Shown here: positions 1 to 9,464 of the stretch, in pieces
Numbering within the stretch: position 1 is the stretch's first letter
Layout: each line of letters opens with the position of its first letter
Origin: Pseudomonadota bacterium
GTDB lineage: Bacteria; Pseudomonadota; Alphaproteobacteria; Caulobacterales; Hyphomonadaceae
Assembly (NCBI GenBank): GCA_039822145.1
Contig: JBCBMU010000001.1
Coordinates: 116,400 to 180,399, forward strand
Direction of reading: 5' to 3'
Length of the DNA: 64,000 bases
Made by a program: the position numbers and the translations under genes
Notes under the pieces: generated by a model
What the model saw: the letters and a program-made list of their open reading frames with translations, nothing else
What the model was told of the DNA's origin: nothing
Database searches by the model: none

Positions 1-846
1 CGCTATGACGTATTTTTGGTCAGCACAGTCGCTGATCGTGAGAAAGCCGAGCTGATTGCGCGCCGGTTACGGGCGCTAAAGTTCAAAGTCCGGTTGGACA
101 AGAAACGCGAACATACAACGCCGACCCCACGCGATTACCGCGATGCCGACAATTCTCAATCGGTTCTGGTCCTATGGTCGAAGAGCGCCTGTGATACCAG
201 CAATAGCGATAGCGATTGGGTGCACGCCATTGCCCACCATGCGCGCTCCAAGCCCGGTGTGCTTTTGCAGTCCGGTCTCGATAAGACGGTTCCCGACGAA
301 CCGTTTAATGATGATAAGCGTTACGCCTTATCTGGCATGGGGCCGCGCAAACTGGTGGGCGGCTATTTTGAGCTTGTCGATGAGCTAGGGCGCCGCGATG
401 GTCGTAAAGACCTCCGGGCGTGGCTCGATCTAAAGCCGAGCGATAAAGATGGCAAAGCCGCATGGCTTGAGGCTCACCCGACGGATCCGCTGGCCGGCGT
501 GAAAAAGCCGGCGGCGACACAAGCTGCTCCAGCGGCGTCCGCCGCGGCGGAGAAAACGCCAATGCGAATTGGCGCGCCGCCGCTTAAGATCAATCCCCCG
601 GTTCCGCCTGAGCCGCAAGGGTTGGACATTGGACGGATCATGTTGGCGGCTGTTGGCCTCGTCATTCTGGCGATGCTGGTGATGAGTGCGAGCCTCCGAA
701 CCCAAGCCGGGTTGCCAGCGGCAGCGGGCGCCGGCGGTTTATTGCAAGACTGCCCGGCCGGCCAAATTCCTGATTATCTCTTAGACGATGCGTCGCGCGG
801 AACGTTGGAGCCTGGCCCGATCACCGACGATACGAGCGACGACTAG
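1..846 (+). CDS. TIR-like domain membrane protein, 5'-partial
   Basis: Frame is open from base 1 (RYDVFLVSTVADREKAELIARRL...VLVLWSKSA...SDWV), resembling bacterial TIR_2. Followed by an Ala/Pro linker and one hydrophobic helix (IMLAAVGLVILAMLVM). Confidence 0.6.
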   Translation, partial: RYDVFLVSTVADREKAELIARRLRALKFKVRLDKKREHTTPTPRDYRDADNSQSVLVLWSKSACDTSNSDSDWVHAIAHHARSKPGVLLQSGLDKTVPDEPFNDDKRYALSGMGPRKLVGGYFELVDELGRRDGRKDLRAWLDLKPSDKDGKAAWLEAHPTDPLAGVKKPAATQAAPAASAAAEKTPMRIGAPPLKINPPVPPEPQGLDIGRIMLAAVGLVILAMLVMSASLRTQAGLPAAAGAGGLLQDCPAGQIPDYLLDDASRGTLEPGPITDDTSDD

Positions 847-852
847 GCGCGG

Positions 853-1542
853 CTATTTTTGCTGTTTGGGGTCATGCTTTGGGGCAGGTGCGAGGCGCAT
901 AACTTCGGTTTGAAAGCGCTCATCATTCTGCTCCATCAGCATCGGAAGTGCTTTTGAACAGGCATTGATCAGGGCGTCGCGCCAAGCTTCATCGGCTTTT
1001 GAAAAATCGGCCAAGACATAAGGCATAACGCGCGACTTATCGCCGGGGTGACCGACGCCCATGCGCACGCGCCGAACGTCTGCGCCGACATGCGCAATCA
1101 TTGAACGAATGCCATTATTTCCGGAATGCCCACCGCCGCGCTTGACCCGCATACGGCCCGGCGCAAGGTCGATTTCATCGTGGAAAATCGTCACATCTTC
1201 GGCCGTGAGTTTGTAAAATTTGATCGCCGCTTGAGCGGCCCGCCCGGTTTCATTGTAATAGGTCTCAGGCTTCATCAGCAGGACTTTTTCACTGCCGATG
1301 TGGCCTTCGCAGACCTGACTTTGAAATTTCGCCCGCCATGGCCCAAAGCCGTGATCTGCGGCAATGGCATCTAAGACCATAAAACCGAAATTGTGCCGAT
1401 TGCGCTGGTATTTAGGGTCCGGATTACCTTGTCCTACCAGAATTTGCATGATCGGCTCCGCGGTCTCTATGGGCTCTGAATCAATAATGGCGGGACGGCC
1501 ACGAAGCCACCCCGCCATTTTGTTTAAGATCGATTTGATCAC
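853..1542 (-). CDS. pth: Peptidyl-tRNA hydrolase (alternative start ATG 1449)
   Basis: GNP..Y..NRHNFGF and HDEID motifs; sits directly after rplY. Confidence 0.95.
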   Translation of the reverse strand: MIKSILNKMAGWLRGRPAIIDSEPIETAEPIMQILVGQGNPDPKYQRNRHNFGFMVLDAIAADHGFGPWRAKFQSQVCEGHIGSEKVLLMKPETYYNETGRAAQAAIKFYKLTAEDVTIFHDEIDLAPGRMRVKRGGGHSGNNGIRSMIAHVGADVRRVRMGVGHPGDKSRVMPYVLADFSKADEAWRDALINACSKALPMLMEQNDERFQTEVMRLAPAPKHDPKQQK

Positions 1543-1544
1543 TC

Positions 1545-2195
1545 TTATTCTTCGTCGCCGCTCTGCTTGGTGGCTTCGACTTCGCCGGCCTCTGGAGCGC
1601 CTTCTTCTTCGGTCTCAGCGTCTGCAGCGATGCCGCGACCAACGATCGATGCGATGGTGAAGTCGCGATCTGTAATGGTTGGCTCGGCCCCTGCGGGTAG
1701 ATTGATGTTTGAGATTTTGACATTGTCGCCAATGTCGAGACCGGTCAGGTCTGCGTCCAGTGAATCTGGAATGCTGTCGGCGCGAACGTTGAGCTCTACC
1801 GCGAAGCGAACGACGTTCAACGCGCCGCCTTTCTTAAGACCAGGAGAGGCTTCCTCATTAAGGAAGTTCACAACCACTTCAACTGTGATGATCTGGTCGC
1901 GTTTGACGCGGAACAGATCGACGTGCTGTGGCTGGTCTGTGACCGGGTGCATTTGGATGGCTTGCGGGATCACCATCTGCTTTTGGCCATCATGAACCAG
2001 AGTTGCCGTTGAAGACAGGAATTGACCCGTATTGATCGCTTTGATCACTTCATTCTGCTTCAGGCTGATCGCCACCGGATCTTCGCCGCCGCCATAAAGA
2101 ACGCCTGGAACCATGCCCATACGACGCGCTTCACGAGAGCCGCCTTTTCCAGTGCGCTCACGCACGGTGACGTTAAATGTAATATCTGTAGACAT
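1545..2195 (-). CDS. rplY: 50S ribosomal protein L25 / Ctc
   Basis: GKGGSREARRMGMVPGVLYG, Q.HPV...HVDL, GLKKGG; long Ctc form with acidic tail. Confidence 0.96.
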   Translation of the reverse strand: MSTDITFNVTVRERTGKGGSREARRMGMVPGVLYGGGEDPVAISLKQNEVIKAINTGQFLSSTATLVHDGQKQMVIPQAIQMHPVTDQPQHVDLFRVKRDQIITVEVVVNFLNEEASPGLKKGGALNVVRFAVELNVRADSIPDSLDADLTGLDIGDNVKISNINLPAGAEPTITDRDFTIASIVGRGIAADAETEEEGAPEAGEVEATKQSGDEE

Positions 2196-2289
2196 ATTCT
2201 TTCCTTTCGCCCTGAAGTCCGCCCCGAACCCGGTCCGAGGTGACAGCCTGACAGGAACGGCCTATCGCCGCCCTTTCTTTAAGGCGCTG

Positions 2290-2318
2290 CCTATACGGGA
2301 AAGCCGTCGCAGCGGCAA
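2290..2318 (-). promoter_or_regulatory. Putative sigma70 promoter of rplY-pth
   Basis: Minus strand TTGCCG-N17-TATAGG, about 95 nt upstream of the ATG. Confidence 0.5.
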
Positions 2319-2337
2319 CACCTAAGTCACACGTAAC

Positions 2338-2391
2338 TTGACTCTTAGCGGTTTACAGGCGTAGTTTTACATCTGTAGCGCTACAAAGGCA
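2338..2391 (+). promoter_or_regulatory. Promoter with BlaI/MecI/CopY-type operators
   Basis: TTGACT (2338) and TAGTTT (2362). TACAggCGTA (2354-2363), perfect TACAtcTGTA (2368-2377) and a TACA half-site (2382) match TACA-N2-TGTA. Confidence 0.75.
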
Positions 2392-2396
2392 GGCTT

Positions 2397-2777
2397 ATGG
2401 CTAATCCAAACCCGTCAGAACTTGTGATCTTGAAATATCTCTGGGCCAGCGGCGCCCAAACCGCACGTCAATTGCACGAGGCGGTCGGGCCCTCCCAGGA
2501 TTGGCAATTGTCGACGACGCGAACCGTCCTCGGCCGGATGGAGGCCAAAGGCTGGGTCCAGCGCAATGGCAATGTCGACCCGGTGACGTTTGAACCCTTG
2601 CTCGACCGCGTGGAGACACTTGGCAGCTTGGTCCGCCATCTCGCTCGCAAAGTCTTGGACATGGATGGCCCCATTCCAGCCACCATGTTTGCCGAAAGCC
2701 CGCACCTGTCGGATGGCGAACTCGACGAGTTGGATGCGATTATTAACGCGGCCGAAGCGCGCGAAAAAAAGGAGTAG
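2397..2777 (+). CDS. BlaI/MecI/CopY family repressor
   Basis: SELVILKYLW...TTRTVLGRMEAKGWV winged helix; directly upstream of an M56 gene. Confidence 0.9.
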   Translation: MANPNPSELVILKYLWASGAQTARQLHEAVGPSQDWQLSTTRTVLGRMEAKGWVQRNGNVDPVTFEPLLDRVETLGSLVRHLARKVLDMDGPIPATMFAESPHLSDGELDELDAIINAAEAREKKE

Positions 2778-2780
2778 AGT

Positions 2781-4163
2781 ATGTCAGCCGTCTGGTTCAT
2801 CGGGTTTTCGCTGATTTGGACCGGGCTGTTAGCGGGGGGAGCTCAATTTCTGAGTCGTGAACCCGTTCCAGCTCGATTTGCGCACACAATCTGGCGTGGT
2901 GCAGCCTTCCTGGCATTTCTACCGTGGGTGATTGCCGGCATTTATGCTGTGCTGCCGACGACCCTGGCGACGCCGATTCCGGATATGCCGTATATTGGCG
3001 GGGCTGCCGAAGCGCTCTCGGCCTATGGCGCCGTGCCAACCGCCGCGGACGGGTCAGCGACACCGCTTGTCGGCCTCCTCTTATTCGCTGTGTTGATCGC
3101 AGGATGGGCGGCACGTTTGGGGTGCAATCTGCTGAGCCAAATTCGGTTGCAAGCGCTGAAGCGCCTAGCGACGCCAAATTCCGACGTCAGCGCCGATCGC
3201 TGGGCCAAAGCGCTTGGGCTCAGCCATGTCCCGCAGACCGCGAGCATCCCGCAAGGATCCCCCTTTCTAGCTGGCATGAGCCGACGCACGATTTATTTGC
3301 CGGAAGCGATTACCAATCAAACCGATGCGGACATCATTCTCGCGCATGAATGCACCCATATTGCGCGCGGTGACTTAGTGTCTCGTCCGTTCGAACGTTT
3401 GGTCGCGGATGTCTTCTGGTTTTCGCCCTTTGCGTGGATGATGCGACGCGAGCTCGATTATTGGCGCGAAGCGGCCACGGATGAGCAAACTGCAGCGCTA
3501 ACCGGTGACAATTTTGCGTACGCGCGAGCGCTCGCGAATACCGCGCGTGTGACCCGGCCGATGCCGCAGCAAGCGCTGCCCGTTGCGGCCTTTATTCTGC
3601 CACGGCATGAGACCCTTAAAAAACGGCTCACCCAGTTATTGCAGCGCGATGGGCGCAAGCCACGCCAAGGGATGGCAGTCATGGCTTTAGCGGCAGGCTT
3701 AGTCTTGGCGCCGCTGTCACTGGCGCAGGCGACGAGCGTCACGTCTGGCTCTATTTTCGTGCATCCGATTCTGACCACTGGCTCTAAGATTTCAGCCCCA
3801 TTCGGCGAAGTTTATTATGAGTGGGAAGACAAGAAAAAGTGGCATTATGGAGTCGATCTCGCAGCCAAATACGAAACCCCCATATACGCGCCCGCAAACG
3901 CCAAAGTGCTGTGGAAGGGCAAAAAAGACGATTATGGATATACCGTCGATATTGGCTTTGAAGATGGCCGCAAAATGCGCTTTGCATCCTTGCACAAAAT
4001 CCTGGTCGAGAAGGGGCAGAAGCTAAAAGCCGGCGACCTGATCGGAAAGGTTGGCAAATCTGCCCCCGGTTCGACTGGCCCTCACTTGCATCTGGAAGTC
4101 TATCAGGATGGTGAGCATGTCGATCCTGAGAACGTCAGAGGTTTGGTGCTGTATAAGTCTTAG
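2781..4163 (+). CDS. M56 (BlaR1-type) / M23 metallopeptidase fusion
   Basis: N-terminal TM helices, HECTHIARGD (HExxH..D), a further TM, then an M23 domain with HYGVD and HLH. Confidence 0.9.
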   Translation: MSAVWFIGFSLIWTGLLAGGAQFLSREPVPARFAHTIWRGAAFLAFLPWVIAGIYAVLPTTLATPIPDMPYIGGAAEALSAYGAVPTAADGSATPLVGLLLFAVLIAGWAARLGCNLLSQIRLQALKRLATPNSDVSADRWAKALGLSHVPQTASIPQGSPFLAGMSRRTIYLPEAITNQTDADIILAHECTHIARGDLVSRPFERLVADVFWFSPFAWMMRRELDYWREAATDEQTAALTGDNFAYARALANTARVTRPMPQQALPVAAFILPRHETLKKRLTQLLQRDGRKPRQGMAVMALAAGLVLAPLSLAQATSVTSGSIFVHPILTTGSKISAPFGEVYYEWEDKKKWHYGVDLAAKYETPIYAPANAKVLWKGKKDDYGYTVDIGFEDGRKMRFASLHKILVEKGQKLKAGDLIGKVGKSAPGSTGPHLHLEVYQDGEHVDPENVRGLVLYKS

Positions 4164-4244
4164 GTCAGGCCGGCGCCAAAGATCGGTTACCTAAGGGTTA
4201 AATTTCAAGTTTAACTTATTCTAATTTTGGTATGAGCGCCGCCT

Positions 4245-4796
4245 ATGCTTGTGTCTGCGCAAGCAGAGGAGGGTTCGGCTTTGCCCCGCATCGTATTGGT
4301 CTTACTATTTTCGTTAGCAGGCGTGCTTTTGTCTCCGTCCGGATCTGCCGAAGCCCCCCCGTCTTTTACCGACATTTCGTTTGAAGTGCCGGTGCTTGCA
4401 GAGGGCGTCCTCGTGGTCCCGTTCGGGCTCCGCGAAGATCCATTTACGAACCGGCCGTCTTGGCATGGCGGCATCGATATTAACGCCGCATGGGATGCGC
4501 CGATACGCGCACCGGCAACGGGCAAAGTGGTGCACGCAGGCCAAAAGTCAGGATATGGCCAAATGATTGACTTGAAAGTCTCGGACAATTGGGTGCTTCG
4601 CTTTGCCCATTTGAGTGCTCTGAGCGTTGAGCTTGGCGACGAAATCGCTGCGGGTGACGTGCTCGGACAAATTGGCAGCACCGGCCGCGCCACGGGGCCA
4701 CATCTCCATTTGGAAGCTTTGCACGGCGATAAGCAGTATGATCCGGTCTTGTTCACCGAATTAGAATTGTACGAGACCGAGTTGGCCCGGGATTAG
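4245..4796 (+). CDS. Secreted M23 family peptidase
   Basis: Hydrophobic N-terminus; HGGID, GYG and GPHLHLE motifs. Confidence 0.88.
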   Translation: MLVSAQAEEGSALPRIVLVLLFSLAGVLLSPSGSAEAPPSFTDISFEVPVLAEGVLVVPFGLREDPFTNRPSWHGGIDINAAWDAPIRAPATGKVVHAGQKSGYGQMIDLKVSDNWVLRFAHLSALSVELGDEIAAGDVLGQIGSTGRATGPHLHLEALHGDKQYDPVLFTELELYETELARD

Positions 4797-5725
4797 TCGA
4801 ACAGTTTCGAGACGCTCTCATTATTCGCAATTCGGCGAATGGCTTCACCGAGCAAAGGCGCGACAGAGAGAACACGTAGTTTTTTTGACTTCAGGTCGGC
4901 GTCATTGGGTTGAATCGTGTTGCAAATCACGAGTTCATCCATAACCGATTTCTCGATCCGCCCAACGGCATTATTCGAGAGCACGCCATGAGTAATGTAG
5001 GCGCTGACCGCGGTCGCGCCCTGCTCTTTCAGCGCCGCCGCGGCGTTACACAGGGTTCCACCCGAGTCGCAAATATCGTCGACCAGAATACATTTTCGGC
5101 CATCAACATCACCGATAATATTCATCACTTCGGACTTGCCCGCTTCGGGGCGTCGTTTGTCAACAATGGCAAGATCAGCGCCAATCCGCTTGGCAAAAGA
5201 CCGGGCGCGAACAACGCCGCCAACATCTGGCGAGACGACCATTAATTTGTCGTCGCCCATGCGGCGTTGAACGTCGTCGACCATGACCGGCAGAGCAATC
5301 ATATTGTCCGTCGGGATATCAAAAAAGCCTTGGATCTGGCCCGCGTGCAAATCCATCGTTAGGACGCGGTCGGTGCCGGCGGCGGTGATCAGATTGGCGA
5401 CCAGTTTGGCGGAGATCGGCGTACGACCATCGGTTTTGCGGTCCTGTCGGGCATAGCCAAAATAAGGAATGACCGCTGTGATCCGGGCCGCTGATGCGCG
5501 GCGCAGGGCATCGATACAGATCAGCAATTCCATCAAATTGTCATTCGCGGGGCGCGATGTGGACTGGATCACAAACACGTCTTCGCCGCGGACATTCTCG
5601 TTAATCCGGACAAAAATTTCATTGTCGGCAAAGTTTTGCACTTCGGCATCCGTGAGCGGACAGTCTAAGTGATCGGCAATCGCTTCGGATAGAGGTCGAT
5701 TTGCATTGCAAGAAATCAGTTTCAT
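4793..5725 (-). CDS. prs: Ribose-phosphate pyrophosphokinase
   Basis: [34 protein letters not shown]. Confidence 0.97.
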   Translation of the reverse strand: MKLISCNANRPLSEAIADHLDCPLTDAEVQNFADNEIFVRINENVRGEDVFVIQSTSRPANDNLMELLICIDALRRASAARITAVIPYFGYARQDRKTDGRTPISAKLVANLITAAGTDRVLTMDLHAGQIQGFFDIPTDNMIALPVMVDDVQRRMGDDKLMVVSPDVGGVVRARSFAKRIGADLAIVDKRRPEAGKSEVMNIIGDVDGRKCILVDDICDSGGTLCNAAAALKEQGATAVSAYITHGVLSNNAVGRIEKSVMDELVICNTIQPNDADLKSKKLRVLSVAPLLGEAIRRIANNESVSKLFD

Positions 5726-5840
5726 AGGTTCGCCGCCTTTGCCCATAGCACCTTGCTTGGGCTTAAAGACGATGGCGGCGTGAGTCGCAAGATGACTCTT
5801 CTGTGACGTCTGCTTTTTACCCTGGGTGTGACCCTAAATC

Positions 5841-6725
5841 TTATTTCGCAGCGCCCAAGACGCGGCCCGCGACCGCGTCGAGCTTGGCAAGGATCGCCGG
5901 ATCTCGCGCTTCGGGGGCGGTGATCAGAGCGTAATCCAAACAAGTCTCAATCGCTTGAGGCGACGCGGTGCGGGCGACCCCTTGAAGGGATATCGCCAAT
6001 TCCCTGATCGCGGATTTTGCCTTGGCGGTATTTGCGGCCATAATTTCGAGGACATTGGTAACTTCGACATGCGCTTCGCCGGTGCGCCAGCAATCATAAT
6101 CAGTGACCATTGCCAGTGTGGCATAAGGCAGCTCAGCCTCGCGGGCGAGCTTGGCCTCCGGCATGTTGGTCATGCCAATCACATCGCAGCCCCATTGGCG
6201 ATACAGATGACTTTCGGCGCGCGACGAGAATTGCGGACCTTCCATAGCGAGATAAGTCCCGCCGCGATGTACGGTTGCGCCCGCGGTCTCGGCGGCGTCG
6301 CCGGCAAGTCCAGAGAGCCGCGCGCAGACGGGATCAGCAACTGACACGTGCGCCACCATTCCGGGACCAAAAAACGTCTTCTCGCGGGCAAACGTACGAT
6401 CAATGAATTGATCGACCATGACAAACTCACCCGGCGCATATTGTTCTTGCAGAGACCCGGATGCGGAGATGGATAAGACATCGGTGCAGCCGAGGCGTTT
6501 AAGCGCATCAATATTGGCGCGGTACGGAACCGTCGTTGGGGTCAGGCGATGACCTTTGCCGTGGCGGGGGAGGAATACGAATTCGACCGTGCCGACATGG
6601 CCCTTGATGAGCGTATCTGATGGCGCCCCCCAAGGGGTTTCGACGCGGACCTCTTCGGCGCCTTCCAGTCCATCCATCTCATAAAGGCCAGATCCGCCGA
6701 TCACGCCGATAACCCATTTCGTCAT
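5841..6725 (-). CDS. mtnP: S-methyl-5'-thioadenosine phosphorylase
   Basis: IGGSG, RHGKGH, EGPQFSSRAES, GMTNMPEAKLAREA, TDYDCW. Confidence 0.94.
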   Translation of the reverse strand: MTKWVIGVIGGSGLYEMDGLEGAEEVRVETPWGAPSDTLIKGHVGTVEFVFLPRHGKGHRLTPTTVPYRANIDALKRLGCTDVLSISASGSLQEQYAPGEFVMVDQFIDRTFAREKTFFGPGMVAHVSVADPVCARLSGLAGDAAETAGATVHRGGTYLAMEGPQFSSRAESHLYRQWGCDVIGMTNMPEAKLAREAELPYATLAMVTDYDCWRTGEAHVEVTNVLEIMAANTAKAKSAIRELAISLQGVARTASPQAIETCLDYALITAPEARDPAILAKLDAVAGRVLGAAK

Positions 6726-6729
6726 GCTT

Positions 6730-6828
6730 TCACTGCTCCATGATCTCGATTGCTCGCTCTACGCCGTAGCGCACAATGCCATGAAATGCATAGGTGATCA
6801 GGGCGGTCAGCGCACCAAGGATCACCAT
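6730..6828 (-). CDS. Putative small membrane protein (32 aa, not in ORF track)
   Basis: Hand translation gives MVILGALTALITYAFHGIVRYGVERAIEIMEQ; coding-like codons; stop lies 4 nt before the mtnP ATG. Confidence 0.4.
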   Translation of the reverse strand: MVILGALTALITYAFHGIVRYGVERAIEIMEQ

Positions 6829-6968
6829 GATGTGAAGATCGGCTGTGCCGAAATTCTAGAATGTGATGCCTGACAGGCCAATTTGCATGCTTAGGAAGCT
6901 CACAGCCAAAGCTGCGCCGCACGCGGCACAAAGCGCGGCGGTTACGCAAGCTGTCGCGATGCTAGAAA

Positions 6969-6995
6969 CAAAAAGGGCCGGAATAATCCCGGCCC
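6969..6995 (-). terminator. Rho-independent terminator after petC
   Basis: GGGCCGG/CCGGCCC stem followed by a T-run on the minus strand. Confidence 0.75.
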
Positions 6996-7039
6996 CAATC
7001 GAAATATACGCAGTCCCCGTTGTCGAGGAAGACTTCATG

Positions 7040-7984
7040 TTAATGCTTCACATTGCGCCAAATACGCTTGTACGAGAACCAAAGCAGGATGGCCAAAAAG
7101 ACCAGATAGAGCAGTACAGGCAGCGCCAATGACTTACGCTGGCTTTGCTTTGGATCACCGGCCCAGTGTAGGAATTGAGCGACATCATAGGCCATTTGCG
7201 ACGTCGTCGCTTCTGTCCCGTCAATATATTCGACCCGGCCATCTGGCAGTTGTGGTGCCATGGCGAGGAAGCCGCCATACGGCGCGTGACGTGGGTCACC
7301 ATCCCATTGCGGGGTCGTGTCACCCGCAAAATAAGGATTGTAGTAAAGCCCCGTCGGCTGAACCAATGTGCCAACCGTGTCGCCGTCCTCGAACTCCATA
7401 TAGTTGATGTTGAGACCGTCTTCACCGGTTTTAGTTTTGATCTTTTCAGGCGCTTTGTAGCCTGACAGCAAAGAATAAACGTAAGAGGCGCCATCGCCTT
7501 CAGCGCCGTGGCCCCGGGCTTTGGTGATGACAGAAAGATCTGGTGGCATGGCGCCGCCATTGGCTGCCATAGCGGCTTGATCGTTTGGATAAGGCGACCG
7601 GAAAGTGTCAGCCGGAATCGCAGGTCGATAGACAGGGTCACCGGCATCATCCGGAACAGGGTCAAGAATTTCAACTTCGGCGGCGAGGGCTTTGACAAGC
7701 GGATTGTCATTCGCGTTCGGATAGGCGTCGTCATAGAACGGGCCGCCTGGTTCACCCAGATTGCGGTAAGATAAGAGCTTCATGCTGTGGCATGAGGCGC
7801 AAACCTCTTGATACACTTGGTACCCGCGTTGGACGCTTTCCTGGTCGACTTTGCCAGCCGGTACTTTCGTGAATGACCAGCCTTTTTCTGGGGCATGGGC
7901 GTGCTTAGCGCCGCCAGCCGCGCTGGCTGTGAGTCCTAAGGCAACTGCGCCAAGACCTACGAGGAGAGGACGGAAGAGTTTCAT
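7040..7984 (-). CDS. petC: Cytochrome c1
   Basis: Signal peptide MKLFRPLL..., CASCH, PPDLS, AMAP axial Met, C-terminal TM. Confidence 0.96.
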   Translation of the reverse strand: MKLFRPLLVGLGAVALGLTASAAGGAKHAHAPEKGWSFTKVPAGKVDQESVQRGYQVYQEVCASCHSMKLLSYRNLGEPGGPFYDDAYPNANDNPLVKALAAEVEILDPVPDDAGDPVYRPAIPADTFRSPYPNDQAAMAANGGAMPPDLSVITKARGHGAEGDGASYVYSLLSGYKAPEKIKTKTGEDGLNINYMEFEDGDTVGTLVQPTGLYYNPYFAGDTTPQWDGDPRHAPYGGFLAMAPQLPDGRVEYIDGTEATTSQMAYDVAQFLHWAGDPKQSQRKSLALPVLLYLVFLAILLWFSYKRIWRNVKH

Positions 7985-7997
7985 ATCCGTGATGTCC

Positions 7998-9446
7998 TTA
8001 TTCGGCTGGCGCCGCTGCCGGCGCGTCATGTCCAAGAATGGACTGATGGATAGAATCTGGCTCGCCTTTCGGGCGCTCTCTGAGGCCGAGAATAGGCAGG
8101 ATGAGCAAGAAGTAAGCGAAATAGTAAGCCGTCATGAGCTGCGACAGGTGCAGGAAGCGGAAGGCTGGCGGCGCTTGAACCGCCATAGATGCGGTGCCGC
8201 CGGCGGTGACTTGCTCGTTCCGGAACTGGGCCGCTGGAGCATAGTCTTCAAACGTCCGAGCGCCCTCGAGGCCAGCCGCATCGGTGTAATTCACGACCAG
8301 TTTCTCAGACCCCATTGTCATATAGGGCAGCGGATCATCTGGGTTCGACGCACCGCACCAGCTGAGCAGCAAGCAAGCGACCACAAAGCCGAAGAAGAAC
8401 TGTTTCGCTACGGGGCGATAACGCATGGACTTCACTTTTGAGGTGTCGAGCCATGGCAAAAGGAACAGCACCGCAATCGAGCCGAACATGAAGATCACGC
8501 CGAGCAATTTCGCATCGATCGGACCAAGGTTAAACGTAATCGCTCGCAGGATTGCGTAGAATGGCAACAGATACCATTCCGGCACAATGTGGGCCGGCGT
8601 GACCAGCGGGTTGGCTTCGATATAGTTGTCTGCGTGACCCAGAACGTTCGGTGCGTAGAAGACAAAAACAGCGAAGATGATCAGGAAGACGACAATCGCG
8701 AACCCGTCTTTCACTGTATAATATGGGTGGAATGGAACGGTGTCTTTCTCGACATCCTGAACTTCTTTCCCGGTCGGGTTGTTATTGCCGGGGACGTGCA
8801 AAGCCCAAATGTGCAGGATCACAACACCCGCAATCATGAAGGGCAGCAAATAGTGCAGCGAGAAGAAGCGTTGCAGCGTCTGATTGCCGACAGAAGGACC
8901 GCCCATCAGCCAGCTTTGAATGCCTTCACCGACCAGCGGGATGGCGCCGAACAGGTTGATGATCACATTGGCGCCGTGCAGAGACATTTGGCCCCATGGC
9001 AGCATATAGCCAAGGAAAGCCGTCGCCATCATCAGCAGAAAGATAATACAGCCGAGCAGCCACAGCACTTCGCGCGGGGCTTTGTAGGAGCCGTAATAAA
9101 GCCCGCGGAACATGTGGACATAGACGGCGAGGAAGAACATTGACGCGCCGACCATATGAATGTTGCGGATCAGCCAACCGAAGGGCACGTCGCGCATGAT
9201 CCGTTCAACTGACCCGAAGGCCTGATCGACGGTGGCGGTATAGTGCATGGCCAGAACCACACCGGTGATGATCTGGATCATCAAACAGATGGCGAGAATG
9301 CCGCCAAATGTGTACCAATAATTGAGGTTCTTAGGGGTTGGGAAATCGACAAAGCTGTCGTGCGCAAGGCGGATAATCGGCAAGCGATCATCAAGCCATT
9401 TTTCGATGCCAGTACCTGGCTTGTAGGTGGACTCGTGTCCGCTCAT
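7998..9446 (-). CDS. petB: Cytochrome b
   Basis: Heme His residues in [15 protein letters not shown] and [15 protein letters not shown]; PEWY. Confidence 0.97.
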   Translation of the reverse strand: MSGHESTYKPGTGIEKWLDDRLPIIRLAHDSFVDFPTPKNLNYWYTFGGILAICLMIQIITGVVLAMHYTATVDQAFGSVERIMRDVPFGWLIRNIHMVGASMFFLAVYVHMFRGLYYGSYKAPREVLWLLGCIIFLLMMATAFLGYMLPWGQMSLHGANVIINLFGAIPLVGEGIQSWLMGGPSVGNQTLQRFFSLHYLLPFMIAGVVILHIWALHVPGNNNPTGKEVQDVEKDTVPFHPYYTVKDGFAIVVFLIIFAVFVFYAPNVLGHADNYIEANPLVTPAHIVPEWYLLPFYAILRAITFNLGPIDAKLLGVIFMFGSIAVLFLLPWLDTSKVKSMRYRPVAKQFFFGFVVACLLLSWCGASNPDDPLPYMTMGSEKLVVNYTDAAGLEGARTFEDYAPAAQFRNEQVTAGGTASMAVQAPPAFRFLHLSQLMTAYYFAYFLLILPILGLRERPKGEPDSIHQSILGHDAPAAAPAE

Positions 9447-9464
9447 CGGTCTCTTGTCCTTCCT

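Noticed and set aside
1110-1140. Pth GGHNG motif reads GHSGNNG
   Set aside because: The main catalytic Asn, His and Asp motifs are intact; likely tolerated variation.
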